Shown: positions 27,584 through 37,393, counted from the stretch's first letter. The stretch: 46,924 nt of DNA from Alphaproteobacteria bacterium (GCA_045560945.1 JBJKYR010000026.1:1-46924), one strand, 5' to 3'. The notes: generated from the letters alone by a model not told the origin. Numbers and translations are program-made.

Positions 27584-30436
27584 TTATGCATTGGACACAT
27601 CTTCATAATCTTCAATAGGTGGGCATACACAAAAAAGATTTCTATCACCATATACATTATCTATTCTTGCAACAGGTGGCCAATATTTATTATTGTATAA
27701 GTAAGAATGAGGAAAAACTGCCTCAGCTCTTGAATATTTGTGTTTCCATTCATCTGCTGATACTTCTTCTATAGTATGTGGTGAGTTTTTTATTGGATTA
27801 TCTTCAGCATCATAAGTGCCATCTCGAATTTTTTGAATTTCATTATGTATAGAAATCATAGCTGTACAAAATCTATCAATTTCTTCTTTTGATTCACTTT
27901 CAGTTGGTTCGATCATTAAAGTTCCTGGAACAGGAAAGGACATTGTTGGCGCATGGAAACCATAATCGATAAGTCTTTTTGCAATATCTTCTTCAGATAT
28001 ATTTAATTCATCTTTGATTGGACGAATATCAATTATGCACTCATGAGCGACCATTCCATTTTTACCAGAATATAAAAGAGTAAAGAAATCACTTAATTTT
28101 TCTTTTATATAATTGGCATTTAAAATTGCTATTTGTGTAGCTAATTTTAATCCCTCGTCTCCCATCATCGAAATATATGAGTAAGAAATAGGCAATATAG
28201 ATGGGCTTCCCCATGGCGCGGCAGAAACCGCATCAAGTTCTGTCAATCCAAGCTCATTTTTAACGATTGGATGTCCTGGTAAAAAATTCTCTAGATGTGA
28301 TTTGACTCCAATAGGGCCCATGCCAGGACCACCTCCTCCATGTGGAATACAAAAAGTTTTATGAAGATTCATATGAGAAACATCAGGACCAAATTTTCCA
28401 GGTTTTGCAATTCCTACCATTGCATTTAAATTAGCTCCGTCCATATAAACTTGACCGCCATTATTATGAATTGCTTCGCAAATTTTTGATATTGATTCTT
28501 CAAATACACCGTGTGTAGATGGATAAGTAATCATCAAAGCTGCTAATTTATTTCCAGCTTCTTTAATTTTGATGTCCAAATGATTTAAGTCTACGTTTCC
28601 TAAATCATCACATTTAACAATGGATACTTCCATACCACACATTTGTGCACTTGCTGGATTAGTTCCATGAGCACTATTAGGTATTAGACATACATTTCTA
28701 TCATACTCATTATTAGACTCATGAAATTTTTTAATTGCAAGTAATCCTGCAAATTCACCTTGAGCGCCTGCATTTGGTTGCAATGATATTGCATCAAATC
28801 CTGTTATATCTTTAAGCATAGATATTAATTCTCTCATCATTTGATTATAACCCTCTCTTTGTTGTTTTTCTAAAAAAGGATGGGCGTTTGCAAATCCTGG
28901 TAACGTTATTGGTAACATTTCTGAGGCTGCATTTAATTTCATAGTACATGAACCAAGGGGAATCATTGATCTATTAAGCGCAATATCTTTATTTTCTAAT
29001 TTTTTTAGATATCGCATCATTTCTGTCTCAGAATGATAAATATTAAATATTGGATGGGATAATATTTTATCTTTTCTAAGAATACTTTCATCATTAAAAA
29101 TAAGGTCAAGATTGTTTTCAATTTCGTTAGCATCAATTTTTTTATTGGTTGTATTAAAAAAAGCAATTAGATTATCGATGTCTTCTAAAGTTGTAGTTTC
29201 ATCAATCGTGATTGAAAATGTTGTGTTGTTAATTAGTCTAAAATTAATTCCTTCTTTCACAGATTTATTAAACCAGTCTCTAGCTTTAGCGTCTTCAATG
29301 ACTATTGTATCAAAATATTTATTAGATTTAATTTTATATTCTAATTTTTCTAATGATTTTTTAAGATATCTAGTATTGTGATTTACAGTAGATGCAATAT
29401 TTATTAATCTTTTTGGTCCATGATAAATAGCATAGGCTGCGGCAATTATTGCTAATAAAGCTTGGGCAGTACAAATATTGCTGGTTGCTTTTTCTCTTCT
29501 TATGTGTTGTTCACGAGTTTGAAGAGCCATTCTGTAAGATCTTTTATTGTTTCTATCAACTGACACACCTATTAACCTACCCGGCATTAATCTTTTAAAT
29601 TCATCTTTTGTTGCAAAAAATGCTGCATGAGGCCCTCCCAATCCCATCGGAACTCCAAAACGTTGAGAACTGCCTATAACAATGTCAGCATCATAGGAAC
29701 CTGGAGATTTCATAACAACCATACTCATAATATCTGCAGCAACAATGGATACAATTTCCTTAGATTTATTACTTTTAATAAGTGTGTCTAAATCTTCAAT
29801 TTCTCCGTAAGTATCAGGATTTTGTATCAAGCAGCCAAAAGTATCTTCGTTTGGTTTACCTTCTATAATTGTTATTCCAAGAGGATGAGCTCTTGTTCTT
29901 AAAACTGATAAAGTTTGAGGGTGACAAGAGTTTTGAATACAAAAGGTCTGCTGTTTATTTTTCTTAATCTTGTATGCCATCATCATAGCTTCTGCTGCTG
30001 CAGTACTCTCATCTAATAAAGATGCATTAGCAATATCTAATCCAGTTAAATCAATTATCATTTGTTGAAAGTTCATTAGCATTTCTAAACGACCTTGAGA
30101 GACTTCAGGTTGATATGGCGTATAAGCAGTATACCAACCGGGATTTTCAAGAATATTTCTTAAAATAACACTTGGTGTAACAGTGTTATGATAACCAAGT
30201 CCAATATATGTTTTTTTAAATTTATTTTTTAAAGATAAAAGTTGCATATTAACTTTATTAAATTCTTCTGACATTCCTGGTTTTAATTTTAATTTATCTT
30301 TAAATAAAATATGATCAGGGACAGTTTTTTGAATTAGTTCATCAAGATTTTTACATTTTATGAATTTTAACATTGAGTCTATATCGTCATTTCTAGGTCC
30401 AATGTGTCTACTTGCGAAAGAATTTATATCGATCAT
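27584..30436 (-). CDS. gcvP: Glycine dehydrogenase (decarboxylating), single-chain P protein
   Basis: RHIGP, WYTAYTPYQPEVSQGRLE, LQTREQHIRREKATSNICT, PLP lysine in HMNLHKTF. Confidence 0.98.
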   Translation of the reverse strand: MIDINSFASRHIGPRNDDIDSMLKFIKCKNLDELIQKTVPDHILFKDKLKLKPGMSEEFNKVNMQLLSLKNKFKKTYIGLGYHNTVTPSVILRNILENPGWYTAYTPYQPEVSQGRLEMLMNFQQMIIDLTGLDIANASLLDESTAAAEAMMMAYKIKKNKQQTFCIQNSCHPQTLSVLRTRAHPLGITIIEGKPNEDTFGCLIQNPDTYGEIEDLDTLIKSNKSKEIVSIVAADIMSMVVMKSPGSYDADIVIGSSQRFGVPMGLGGPHAAFFATKDEFKRLMPGRLIGVSVDRNNKRSYRMALQTREQHIRREKATSNICTAQALLAIIAAAYAIYHGPKRLINIASTVNHNTRYLKKSLEKLEYKIKSNKYFDTIVIEDAKARDWFNKSVKEGINFRLINNTTFSITIDETTTLEDIDNLIAFFNTTNKKIDANEIENNLDLIFNDESILRKDKILSHPIFNIYHSETEMMRYLKKLENKDIALNRSMIPLGSCTMKLNAASEMLPITLPGFANAHPFLEKQQREGYNQMMRELISMLKDITGFDAISLQPNAGAQGEFAGLLAIKKFHESNNEYDRNVCLIPNSAHGTNPASAQMCGMEVSIVKCDDLGNVDLNHLDIKIKEAGNKLAALMITYPSTHGVFEESISKICEAIHNNGGQVYMDGANLNAMVGIAKPGKFGPDVSHMNLHKTFCIPHGGGGPGMGPIGVKSHLENFLPGHPIVKNELGLTELDAVSAAPWGSPSILPISYSYISMMGDEGLKLATQIAILNANYIKEKLSDFFTLLYSGKNGMVAHECIIDIRPIKDELNISEEDIAKRLIDYGFHAPTMSFPVPGTLMIEPTESESKEEIDRFCTAMISIHNEIQKIRDGTYDAEDNPIKNSPHTIEEVSADEWKHKYSRAEAVFPHSYLYNNKYWPPVARIDNVYGDRNLFCVCPPIEDYEDVSNA

Positions 30437-30808
30437 TTATTTATCCAAAAATTCTAAATACTGATCTAAAGACATCAAAGTATTATATTGATCTGGATTA
30501 GATACTTTTATTTTGAATATCCAACCTTCATTTTCAGCATCTTGATTAACTATAGAAGCATCGTTTGACAAATTATCATTTATTTCTGTAACTTCACCAT
30601 CTAGAGGTGAGTAAATATCTGAAGCAGCTTTTACAGATTCAATAACACATAATTCTTCTTTAGCTTTAACTTCTTTACCTAAAGTGGGCAAATCCACAAA
30701 AACAATATCACCTAAACTTTCCTGAGCATGATTTGTAATGCCAACAGTTGCAATTTCGCCACTAAGCTGAACCCACTCATGTTCTTCAGTATATTTTTTT
30801 TCACCCAT
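30437..30808 (-). CDS. gcvH: Glycine cleavage H protein
   Basis: HEWV, GIT..AQESLGDIVFV and lipoyl lysine in IESVKAASD. Confidence 0.98.
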   Translation of the reverse strand: MGEKKYTEEHEWVQLSGEIATVGITNHAQESLGDIVFVDLPTLGKEVKAKEELCVIESVKAASDIYSPLDGEVTEINDNLSNDASIVNQDAENEGWIFKIKVSNPDQYNTLMSLDQYLEFLDK

Positions 30809-30809
30809 A

Positions 30810-31922
30810 TTAATCTCCTTTTTTATAATTTTTTTTCACAAATGGAATTTTCTCAAGTTTAATTTCCTCATATTGATCACGAACATTAACGTATTTTTTT
30901 TCAGAAATATTTGAAAGTTTATTTATATAGCCAATACCAATGGATTTTTTTAAAATTGGTGAGTAACATCCACTCGTAATAAATCCAATTTCTTCTTTAT
31001 TATTGTTATGAATAGTCATTTGATTTCTTAACATGATTTTATTTATTGGACTTAATCCTATTTTTTTTACTGATGGAATTGAACTTAATTCCTTTGATAA
31101 AATTTCAGAACCATTTAAATTATGATCTTGCAATCTGTTTTTATCTAAAGCCCATGACAAACCTGCTTGTATAGGATTTATATCTTCGTTTATTTCATTT
31201 CCATATAAACTTAGACCAGCTTCTACTCTTAATGAATCTCGACAACCTAGACCGCATAAAATTACATTATTATTATTAAGAATATCATTAATTAATTTTT
31301 CTGCCTTATTATTTGATATTGATATCTCAAAACCATCTTCACCAGTATAACCAGATCTAGAAATAAAAAGATCGCTACCATCATATTGAAGAATTTGAAT
31401 ATTTAAAAAATTCATAGATGCAGGTAGATTTAATATCGAATTAATAGAAGAAAAAGATTCAGGTCCTTGTATTGCAATCAAACATCTGTCCTCAAAAATT
31501 TTAAAATTTGAAATAGTTGCATTAAAGATTTTATTAAGTATTTTTTTTCTTGATGAATTGTAAACTATATATACAAATTCATTGTTATCAAATTTAATTT
31601 TCGAAATCATAATATCATCAACGATTCCTCCATTAGAATTTAAAATAAATGAATAGTGACATTTATTTGATATTATTTTTTTTATATTCAAAGGTATGTA
31701 TGCTTCTAAAGCTAAAATATTTTCTTCATTAAAAGGAATAAGAATTTGGCCCATATGAGAGACATCAAAAATACCAGTATGATTTCTTACATGTAGGTGC
31801 TCGTTTATAATGCCTTGCTTGTAATTAATTGGCATATCATAACCAGCAAATGGAACAAACTTCGCATCATTTTTTTTATGAAAATCTTTTAAATAAATAT
31901 TTTTTAGAGCTTCTTCAGTCAA
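30810..31922 (-). CDS. gcvT: Glycine cleavage T protein (aminomethyltransferase)
   Basis: FAGYDMP, FDVSHMG, SRSGYTGEDGFE and GLGCRDSLRVEAG. TTG start with CAGGAG ribosome-binding site. Confidence 0.96.
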   Translation of the reverse strand: MTEEALKNIYLKDFHKKNDAKFVPFAGYDMPINYKQGIINEHLHVRNHTGIFDVSHMGQILIPFNEENILALEAYIPLNIKKIISNKCHYSFILNSNGGIVDDIMISKIKFDNNEFVYIVYNSSRKKILNKIFNATISNFKIFEDRCLIAIQGPESFSSINSILNLPASMNFLNIQILQYDGSDLFISRSGYTGEDGFEISISNNKAEKLINDILNNNNVILCGLGCRDSLRVEAGLSLYGNEINEDINPIQAGLSWALDKNRLQDHNLNGSEILSKELSSIPSVKKIGLSPINKIMLRNQMTIHNNNKEEIGFITSGCYSPILKKSIGIGYINKLSNISEKKYVNVRDQYEEIKLEKIPFVKKNYKKGD

Positions 31923-31943
31923 AATGACTCCTGTTAAGCCCTC

Positions 31944-32090
31944 TCTGTATATTTACCTGAGAGTTTTTACTCCTTCGGTAGAGATTAATCTCTTTTCCAG
32001 ATTTTTTATTCTAACGGTCCTTTTTGCCTGAGAGTTTCCGGGTCGTTGCTCCTTCGGCTCTGTAAAATCACAGTATCTCCCGTTAATAAC
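31944..32090 (-). promoter_or_regulatory. Tandem glycine riboswitch
   Basis: The minus strand has two aptamers: ACGGGAGA...GCCGAAGGAGCAA...AACTCTCAGGCAAAAAGGACCGT and TCTGGAAAAG...ACCGAAGGAGTAA...ACTCTCAGGTA...ACAGA. They lie directly upstream of gcvT. Confidence 0.95.
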
Positions 32091-32118
32091 AATTTATACT
32101 ATTGTTTTATATTTTCAA

Positions 32119-32700
32119 TTATTTTAGAGGAATATGGTTTGAATTTTTTGCTGATTGATAATTATTTGATATATCCTCATAAAGTTTATTAATTTCTTTG
32201 ATTTTTTCTAATAATTTATCGTTTTCTGCATTTTGTAGTTTTTTAATTTCTTCTACAATTGAGTAACTTTGCCAGAAAGTGTTATTTTTTGAATATTCAC
32301 CTTTATCAATCTTAAAGACTTCTTTTAAAATTTTCAGATCATAAGGAATATTAAAATTAGATTCAGTTTCTTCATAATGAAATAAATAATAGAAATTATC
32401 GAAACCACTCCAAGTAATAGCGGACAGACATAAAGAACAAGGCTCATGAGAGGAAACAAACAAATAATCTTTTGGATTTAAATTTCTTAATTTAAAAAAA
32501 TTTATAATAGTAGAAATCTCTCCATGATATATTGGATTCTCTATTTCGTTATTTACACCTGTAACAACTAAACTTAAATCAATTTTATTTAATACAAAGG
32601 CCCCAAATATTTTATTTCCTTTAGAAACAGAGATTTTTGTTTCTGGTATAAGATTATTTAAAAAAATATCTAAAATTTTATTATATTTTTTAAAGTTCAT
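32119..32700 (-). CDS. Zinc-dependent nucleoside/nucleobase deaminase (CDA fold, guanine-deaminase-like)
   Basis: FGA, HGE and EPCSLC zinc-binding motifs. Confidence 0.88.
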   Translation of the reverse strand: MNFKKYNKILDIFLNNLIPETKISVSKGNKIFGAFVLNKIDLSLVVTGVNNEIENPIYHGEISTIINFFKLRNLNPKDYLFVSSHEPCSLCLSAITWSGFDNFYYLFHYEETESNFNIPYDLKILKEVFKIDKGEYSKNNTFWQSYSIVEEIKKLQNAENDKLLEKIKEINKLYEDISNNYQSAKNSNHIPLK

Positions 32701-32735
32701 TGATTAACTCTTACAATAATTAGTGAGTTATAGGC

Positions 32736-32768
32736 AAAAAAAAAGACCCAGCAAGCTAGGTCTTTTTT
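32736..32768 (-). terminator. Intrinsic terminator
   Basis: The minus strand reads AAAAAAGACCUAGC-UU-GCUGGGUC-U9, a GC-rich stem with a U-G wobble and a 9-U tail. Confidence 0.85.
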
Positions 32769-32851
32769 ATGTATCGTGCATTTCCTCCCGATACAAACTA
32801 AATAAAGTTTCCTTTATTTAATTTGCTTACTACCTTTGCGTGTAATAAGTA
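32736..32851 (-). ncRNA. Candidate structured small RNA or leader (three hairpins plus terminator)
   Basis: Contiguous hairpins at 32849-32826, 32824-32795 (GAAA tetraloop) and 32795-32770 (loop GGAGGAAAUGCA), then the terminator. TTGATA-17nt-TAAATA lies just upstream (32885-32857). Confidence 0.6.
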
Positions 32852-32944
32852 TCTATTATTTAACTCTAGAAATATTGATTATCAAATAAAAAAGATAAAA
32901 TATTAATTTTACTGTGTATATGTTTGTTGATAAGCTGTTTAAAG

Positions 32945-33899
32945 TTATCTTATTGGTTTATCTGTACTAACTTTAATACTTAGATGATATTCTCTATATA
33001 AAGTAAAAAAACTAGCAATTAATATTAATGAAAGACCTGCCATACCTTTTATTGTTAAATAATCATTCCATATTAAATAACCAAATAATATTGACCAAAT
33101 TATCAAACTATATTCATAAGGAGCAATGGTTGCAGGTGACCCTATCCGATAGGCGCCAAAAATGGAAAAAAATCCAATTACTGCAGTCAAACCAATAATT
33201 ATTAGTAATAAAAAATAATTTAAACTAGGAATATTCCAGCTCATAAGCACAAATTTATATTCTGACAATTGATACGGAGTAAATGTTAAATTATTTACAT
33301 AAAAATAAATTATAATTGAAAAAACAATAGCTGATAAATAAGTGTGTAATATTTGTGTAAATAGAGAGTCTTTATCAGATGTTTTTTTCTGAATTACAAC
33401 TGTTACTGCGTAGAAAAAAAGCACAAAAGATTGGGAATAGAGTATAAATATTAAAATCATTAAAATTTGGATCTAGAACTAAGTACACTCCAATAAAACC
33501 GATTAAAATTGCACTCCATCTATACATGCCAATATTTTCACCGATAATAAATTTTGAACTTATAGTTACAAAAAAAGGGCTAACAAAAAATAAAGTCACT
33601 GCTTCAGGTAAAGAAATTTTTGATAAAGAAAAATAATACAAGCTAAAACCAAGAAAAAATATGGATACCCTCAAAATAGTAATAAAAGGATAATAAGTTT
33701 TGAAAATTAGTTGAATTTTATAGATCCAACAATAAGTAAAAATAACTAAAATTCCAACTATAGAATCTTTAACTATATAAATTACATAGATATTTATATA
33801 ATCAGACATTAATTTAATCAATGTATCTTGAATTGAAAAAACAAACATGCCTAATATAATCAAAAAAATAGCTTTAATATTATTATCTAGTGACATCAT
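32945..33899 (-). CDS. DMT/EamA family transporter (split by a +1 indel in the T7 run at 33414-33420)
   Basis: Two overlapping ORFs encode the two EamA halves (GENIGMYRWSAILIGFIGVYLVLDP and APYEYS). Removing one T gives a continuous ...FCAFFYAVTVV... Confidence 0.85.
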
Positions 33900-33928
33900 A
33901 AATTTATGAATGTTATAAAGTTTTGTTA

Positions 33929-35024
33929 ATGAAAAAAAAGAAAATATTTAATATCATTGGTATCATGACAGGGACATCAATGGATGGGATTGATATTTCT
34001 TATATTTCAACAGATGGAATTAATAAAGTTAAAATACTAAAAGAAAAAAGTTACCCGTACTCACTCTATGAACAAATTAAAATTAAAAAAATAAATATAA
34101 CAAATATTAGTAAAAAAAATCTGATAAATTCTCATAATGTTAAAATAACAAATTTAATTATCAAATATTTAAAGAAATTTTTAAAGGAATTTACTATAAT
34201 AAAAAAAGGCATTGATTATATAAGCTTAAGTGGACAAACAATATTACATATTCCAAATAAAAATATTTCATTACAACTTGGTAATCCAAAATTAATATCA
34301 AATTTTTTTAAAATACAAGTAATTAGTAACTTTAGAATTAATGATATAAAAAATGGAGGTCAAGGAGCTCCAATTGGTGCATTTTATCATAAATTTCTAA
34401 TTAAGAAGATTAATACAAATGCTGCAATAATAAATTTAGGAGGAGTGGCAAATTTTTCATTAATATATAAAAAAATTTTTATATCTGCTGATATTGGTCC
34501 AGCTAATGCAATATCAGATGATTTAATGATGTATTTTTTTAAAAGAAAATATGACAAAGATGGTAAACTAGCTTCAAAAGGTAATGTAAATAAAAAAATC
34601 TTTGATTTATTTAAAAAAGATAGATTTTTTAGAAAAAAATATCCAAAATCTCTAGATAGAAATAATTTTCATTACTTAATTAAAGAATTGAAAAAAATTA
34701 AAGTTCATAATGCACTAAGAACATCTCTAAATTTCACAATTTTCTCTATAATCAATTTAATAAACAATAAAATTTTCACTGATATTAATGAAATAATATT
34801 TACTGGTGGTGGAAGAAAAAATAAATATTTAATATCACAAATAAAGAAATTGAATCATCAATTACAAATATCTTTAATTGATGATTATGGATTAAATGGG
34901 GATTTAATTGAATCACAAATGTTTGGGTATATTGGCATAAGATCTCTTAAAAAATTAATTTTAAGTACACCAAATACTACAGGTGTAAAAAAAAAATATC
35001 ACAGGTGGAAATTTATATTATTAA
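33929..35024 (+). CDS. anmK: Anhydro-N-acetylmuramic acid kinase (C-terminus shifted at A10 run, 34987-34996)
   Basis: IGIMTGTSMDGID, GQT, FR..D...GGQGAP, NLGGVAN, DIGPAN and TGGGRKN. Removing one A restores the ending PNTTGVKKNITGGNLYY*. Confidence 0.9.
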
Positions 35025-35995
35025 TTTGTAACTAGTTTATTCCAAGATTGATAATCAATATTGGATCCACATAATATAATTAAAGTATTTTGACCTATAA
35101 ATTTCGAAGAATTTAATTTTTTTAAAGCAGCAAAACCAGCTACGCAAGCAGGTTCTAGTAAAAGTTTTAGATTTTTAAAGTTATATAACATATAATTTAT
35201 CATTTCTTGATCAGATACATTAACCATTTGATAAATTACTTTTTTAGCAACATCAAAAGAATAAGTCATGTGAAGAGGTGCGCATAGGCTATCAGCTATA
35301 CTATTTATTTCTACCTTATCTAATGGCTTACCTATTTTTAAACTTTCTGTCATTCCTTTTGCATTATCAGGTTCAACACCAAATATTTTAATTTCAGGAA
35401 AAAACTGTTTAAGAGCAGAGCCGACACCACTAATCAAACCTCCACCACCAACTGATATTAATACATTATCTATTTTTGTATTAATATTTTTCATTTGATT
35501 TATAATTTCCAAACCAAGTGTGGCTGATCCTTGTAAAGTATTTACTCCATCAAATGGATGAACAAATTTATAACCTTCTTTTTCAGCACTTTTCACTTCA
35601 TCAAATGCTTTATTTTTATTTGTAAATAAAATATTTGCATTATAATTTTTACACTGAATTACCCTGTAGGGATTTGCCGATTCATAAAGAAATATTTTAT
35701 TTTTAAGATTAAAAATATTTGCAGCATAAGATGCTGCAATTGCATGATTGCCAGCACTAACTGCTGTAATTCCATTTTCAAGATCTTTTTTATCGGTAGA
35801 AAGAATATTATTAATTGCCCCTCTAGCTTTAAATGATCCACTTTTTTGAAAACACTCGTATTTTAAATAAACGTTTGTATTTAGATCCTCATCAACAATT
35901 TGGTTTGCTTTAATAAGTGGGGTAACATTTATGAATGGTTTAATTTTTTTATATACTTTTTCAATTAATTGTATTGATAACTCTTCTGGTATCAA
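35021..35995 (-). CDS. Serine/threonine dehydratase family PLP enzyme (no ACT domain)
   Basis: FQKSGSFKARGA, SAGNHA, HPFD, VGGGGLISG and CGSNID. Confidence 0.9.
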   Translation of the reverse strand: MIPEELSIQLIEKVYKKIKPFINVTPLIKANQIVDEDLNTNVYLKYECFQKSGSFKARGAINNILSTDKKDLENGITAVSAGNHAIAASYAANIFNLKNKIFLYESANPYRVIQCKNYNANILFTNKNKAFDEVKSAEKEGYKFVHPFDGVNTLQGSATLGLEIINQMKNINTKIDNVLISVGGGGLISGVGSALKQFFPEIKIFGVEPDNAKGMTESLKIGKPLDKVEINSIADSLCAPLHMTYSFDVAKKVIYQMVNVSDQEMINYMLYNFKNLKLLLEPACVAGFAALKKLNSSKFIGQNTLIILCGSNIDYQSWNKLVTN

Positions 35996-36729
35996 GATTT
36001 TGCTCTAATTTCTTTGATTTTATCATATGCAAGATTAATTGCGGCAAGTTCTTTATTTGATTGTTCGATGAATTCTTTTGGCATGCCTTTAGCAATCAAA
36101 TTATCTGGATGATGTTCTTTATTTAAATTTATCCATTTTTTTCTTATTTCCTGATCTGTGTCTTCTCTACTGACATCTAAAATTTTATAAGGATCAGAAG
36201 TATTATTGTTTAAATTCATTTGAAATATTCTTTGAAAAGTTTTTTCATCAAATGAAAATGATTGAGAAATTGATCTTAATAAATCAACTTCATTTAAAGA
36301 TATTTGACCATCTGATGCAGCAATAAAAAATAAATTATTTAGCATTTCCTCAAGCAATATTTTATTACCTGTAAATACTAAACCTACCTGATCAGCTATT
36401 TGTTTATAACCATATACATCTCTTTTAGCTTCATTAAAAATTTTCGCAACTTTACCTAATTCAGTTTTTGGTACATTAAATTTTTCTTTAAAAGCTTGAA
36501 TTTCATCATCTGTAACTTGCCCATCACTTTTTGCAAGTTTAGCTGCTAAAACAATAAAACTAATTGTAAAAATTTGTTGTTTTTGATCTTGAGATATTTG
36601 AGAATAATGAAAATTTTTTTGTTTTTTTCTATCAAAGGCACTACCAGCCATTACACCTAGTATAGCTCCTATAGGACCGCCTATTGCAAATCCTGCAGCA
36701 CCTCCAAGCAATCTTCCCCAAATACTCAT
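35992..36729 (-). CDS. djlA: DjlA co-chaperone (TM + TerB-like + J domain)
   Basis: Gly-rich N-terminal TM, AKLAKSDGQV, and a C-terminal J domain with DPYKIL and HHPD. Confidence 0.9.
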   Translation of the reverse strand: MSIWGRLLGGAAGFAIGGPIGAILGVMAGSAFDRKKQKNFHYSQISQDQKQQIFTISFIVLAAKLAKSDGQVTDDEIQAFKEKFNVPKTELGKVAKIFNEAKRDVYGYKQIADQVGLVFTGNKILLEEMLNNLFFIAASDGQISLNEVDLLRSISQSFSFDEKTFQRIFQMNLNNNTSDPYKILDVSREDTDQEIRKKWINLNKEHHPDNLIAKGMPKEFIEQSNKELAAINLAYDKIKEIRAKS

Positions 36730-36971
36730 TTCAAAATATTAATTATTTCTTTTAACTCTTCTAACTCTAATAAAGAAATTTTATTATCTTTATTAGTATC
36801 AATTAATTGAAAAATTATACCGGTAGATTGATTAATTTCATCAATGGAGACAAATCCATCATTATTTAAGTCAATAATTTTAAAATAAGTAATTTCTTCT
36901 TTATTTAGTTCTGAAGCATTAACTGAAGTTAATATAATAAAAAAAGATATAATTAATTTTAACCAAACCAT
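36726..36971 (-). CDS. Small exported EF-hand protein
   Basis: Signal-peptide-like N-terminus (VNA-SE) and two EF-hand loops, DLNNDGFVSIDE and DTNKDNKISLLE. Confidence 0.75.
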   Translation of the reverse strand: MVWLKLIISFFIILTSVNASELNKEEITYFKIIDLNNDGFVSIDEINQSTGIIFQLIDTNKDNKISLLELEELKEIINILK

Positions 36972-37180
36972 CTATACATACCTATAATTCCTGCACTAGC
37001 ATAGAATATTTGTAATAATAAAATACCCTTATACTTTAGTTTATATGCCCACATTCCAATTAAAATTGCGGATATAAACAACAAACTAAAGCCCAGGAAC
37101 TCTAAACCAGCGTTTAGGGCAACAAATAAAGAGTATAAAATGGCTGTAATCACTCCAGCCCATTCTAAAAATTTAATCAA
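36959..37180 (-). CDS. Small three-TM membrane protein, hypothetical
   Basis: 73 aa hydrophobic ORF ending in GMYRW, tightly packed between cspA and the EF-hand gene. Confidence 0.7.
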   Translation of the reverse strand: MIKFLEWAGVITAILYSLFVALNAGLEFLGFSLLFISAILIGMWAYKLKYKGILLLQIFYASAGIIGMYRWFG

Positions 37181-37189
37181 ATAAATGTA

Positions 37190-37393
37190 TTATACTTTTT
37201 TAACGTTAATAGCGTTTTCTTTTCCTCTGTTTTCACCTATTTCAAATGTAACAGCTTCACCTTCTTGTAACTGGTCAATTCCAGCTTCTTCTAGAGCAGA
37301 AATATGTAAAAATACATCTTTTCCTCCTGCATCATTTTCAATAAATCCATATCCTTTGGTTGGATTAAACCATTTAATTTTACCTGTAGCCAT
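37190..37393 (-). CDS. cspA: Cold-shock protein
   Basis: KWFNPTKGYGFI (RNP1) and DVFLHISA (RNP2). AAGGAG ribosome-binding site. Confidence 0.96.
   Translation of the reverse strand: MATGKIKWFNPTKGYGFIENDAGGKDVFLHISALEEAGIDQLQEGEAVTFEIGENRGKENAINVKKV

Noticed and set aside
32767-32790. Mini-ORF ATG CAC GAT ACA TAA (MHDT*) after GGAGG within the candidate RNA
   Set aside because: The SD-to-ATG spacing is only 2 nt, too short for normal initiation, and the ORF runs through a stem. Not called as a leader peptide.
7700-35035. A genome-wide phase-variation system based on poly-A/T tracts
   Set aside because: All breaks are +1, they hit unrelated housekeeping-type genes, and one alters only a C-terminal tail. 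Homopolymer sequencing error is the simpler explanation until reads are checked.
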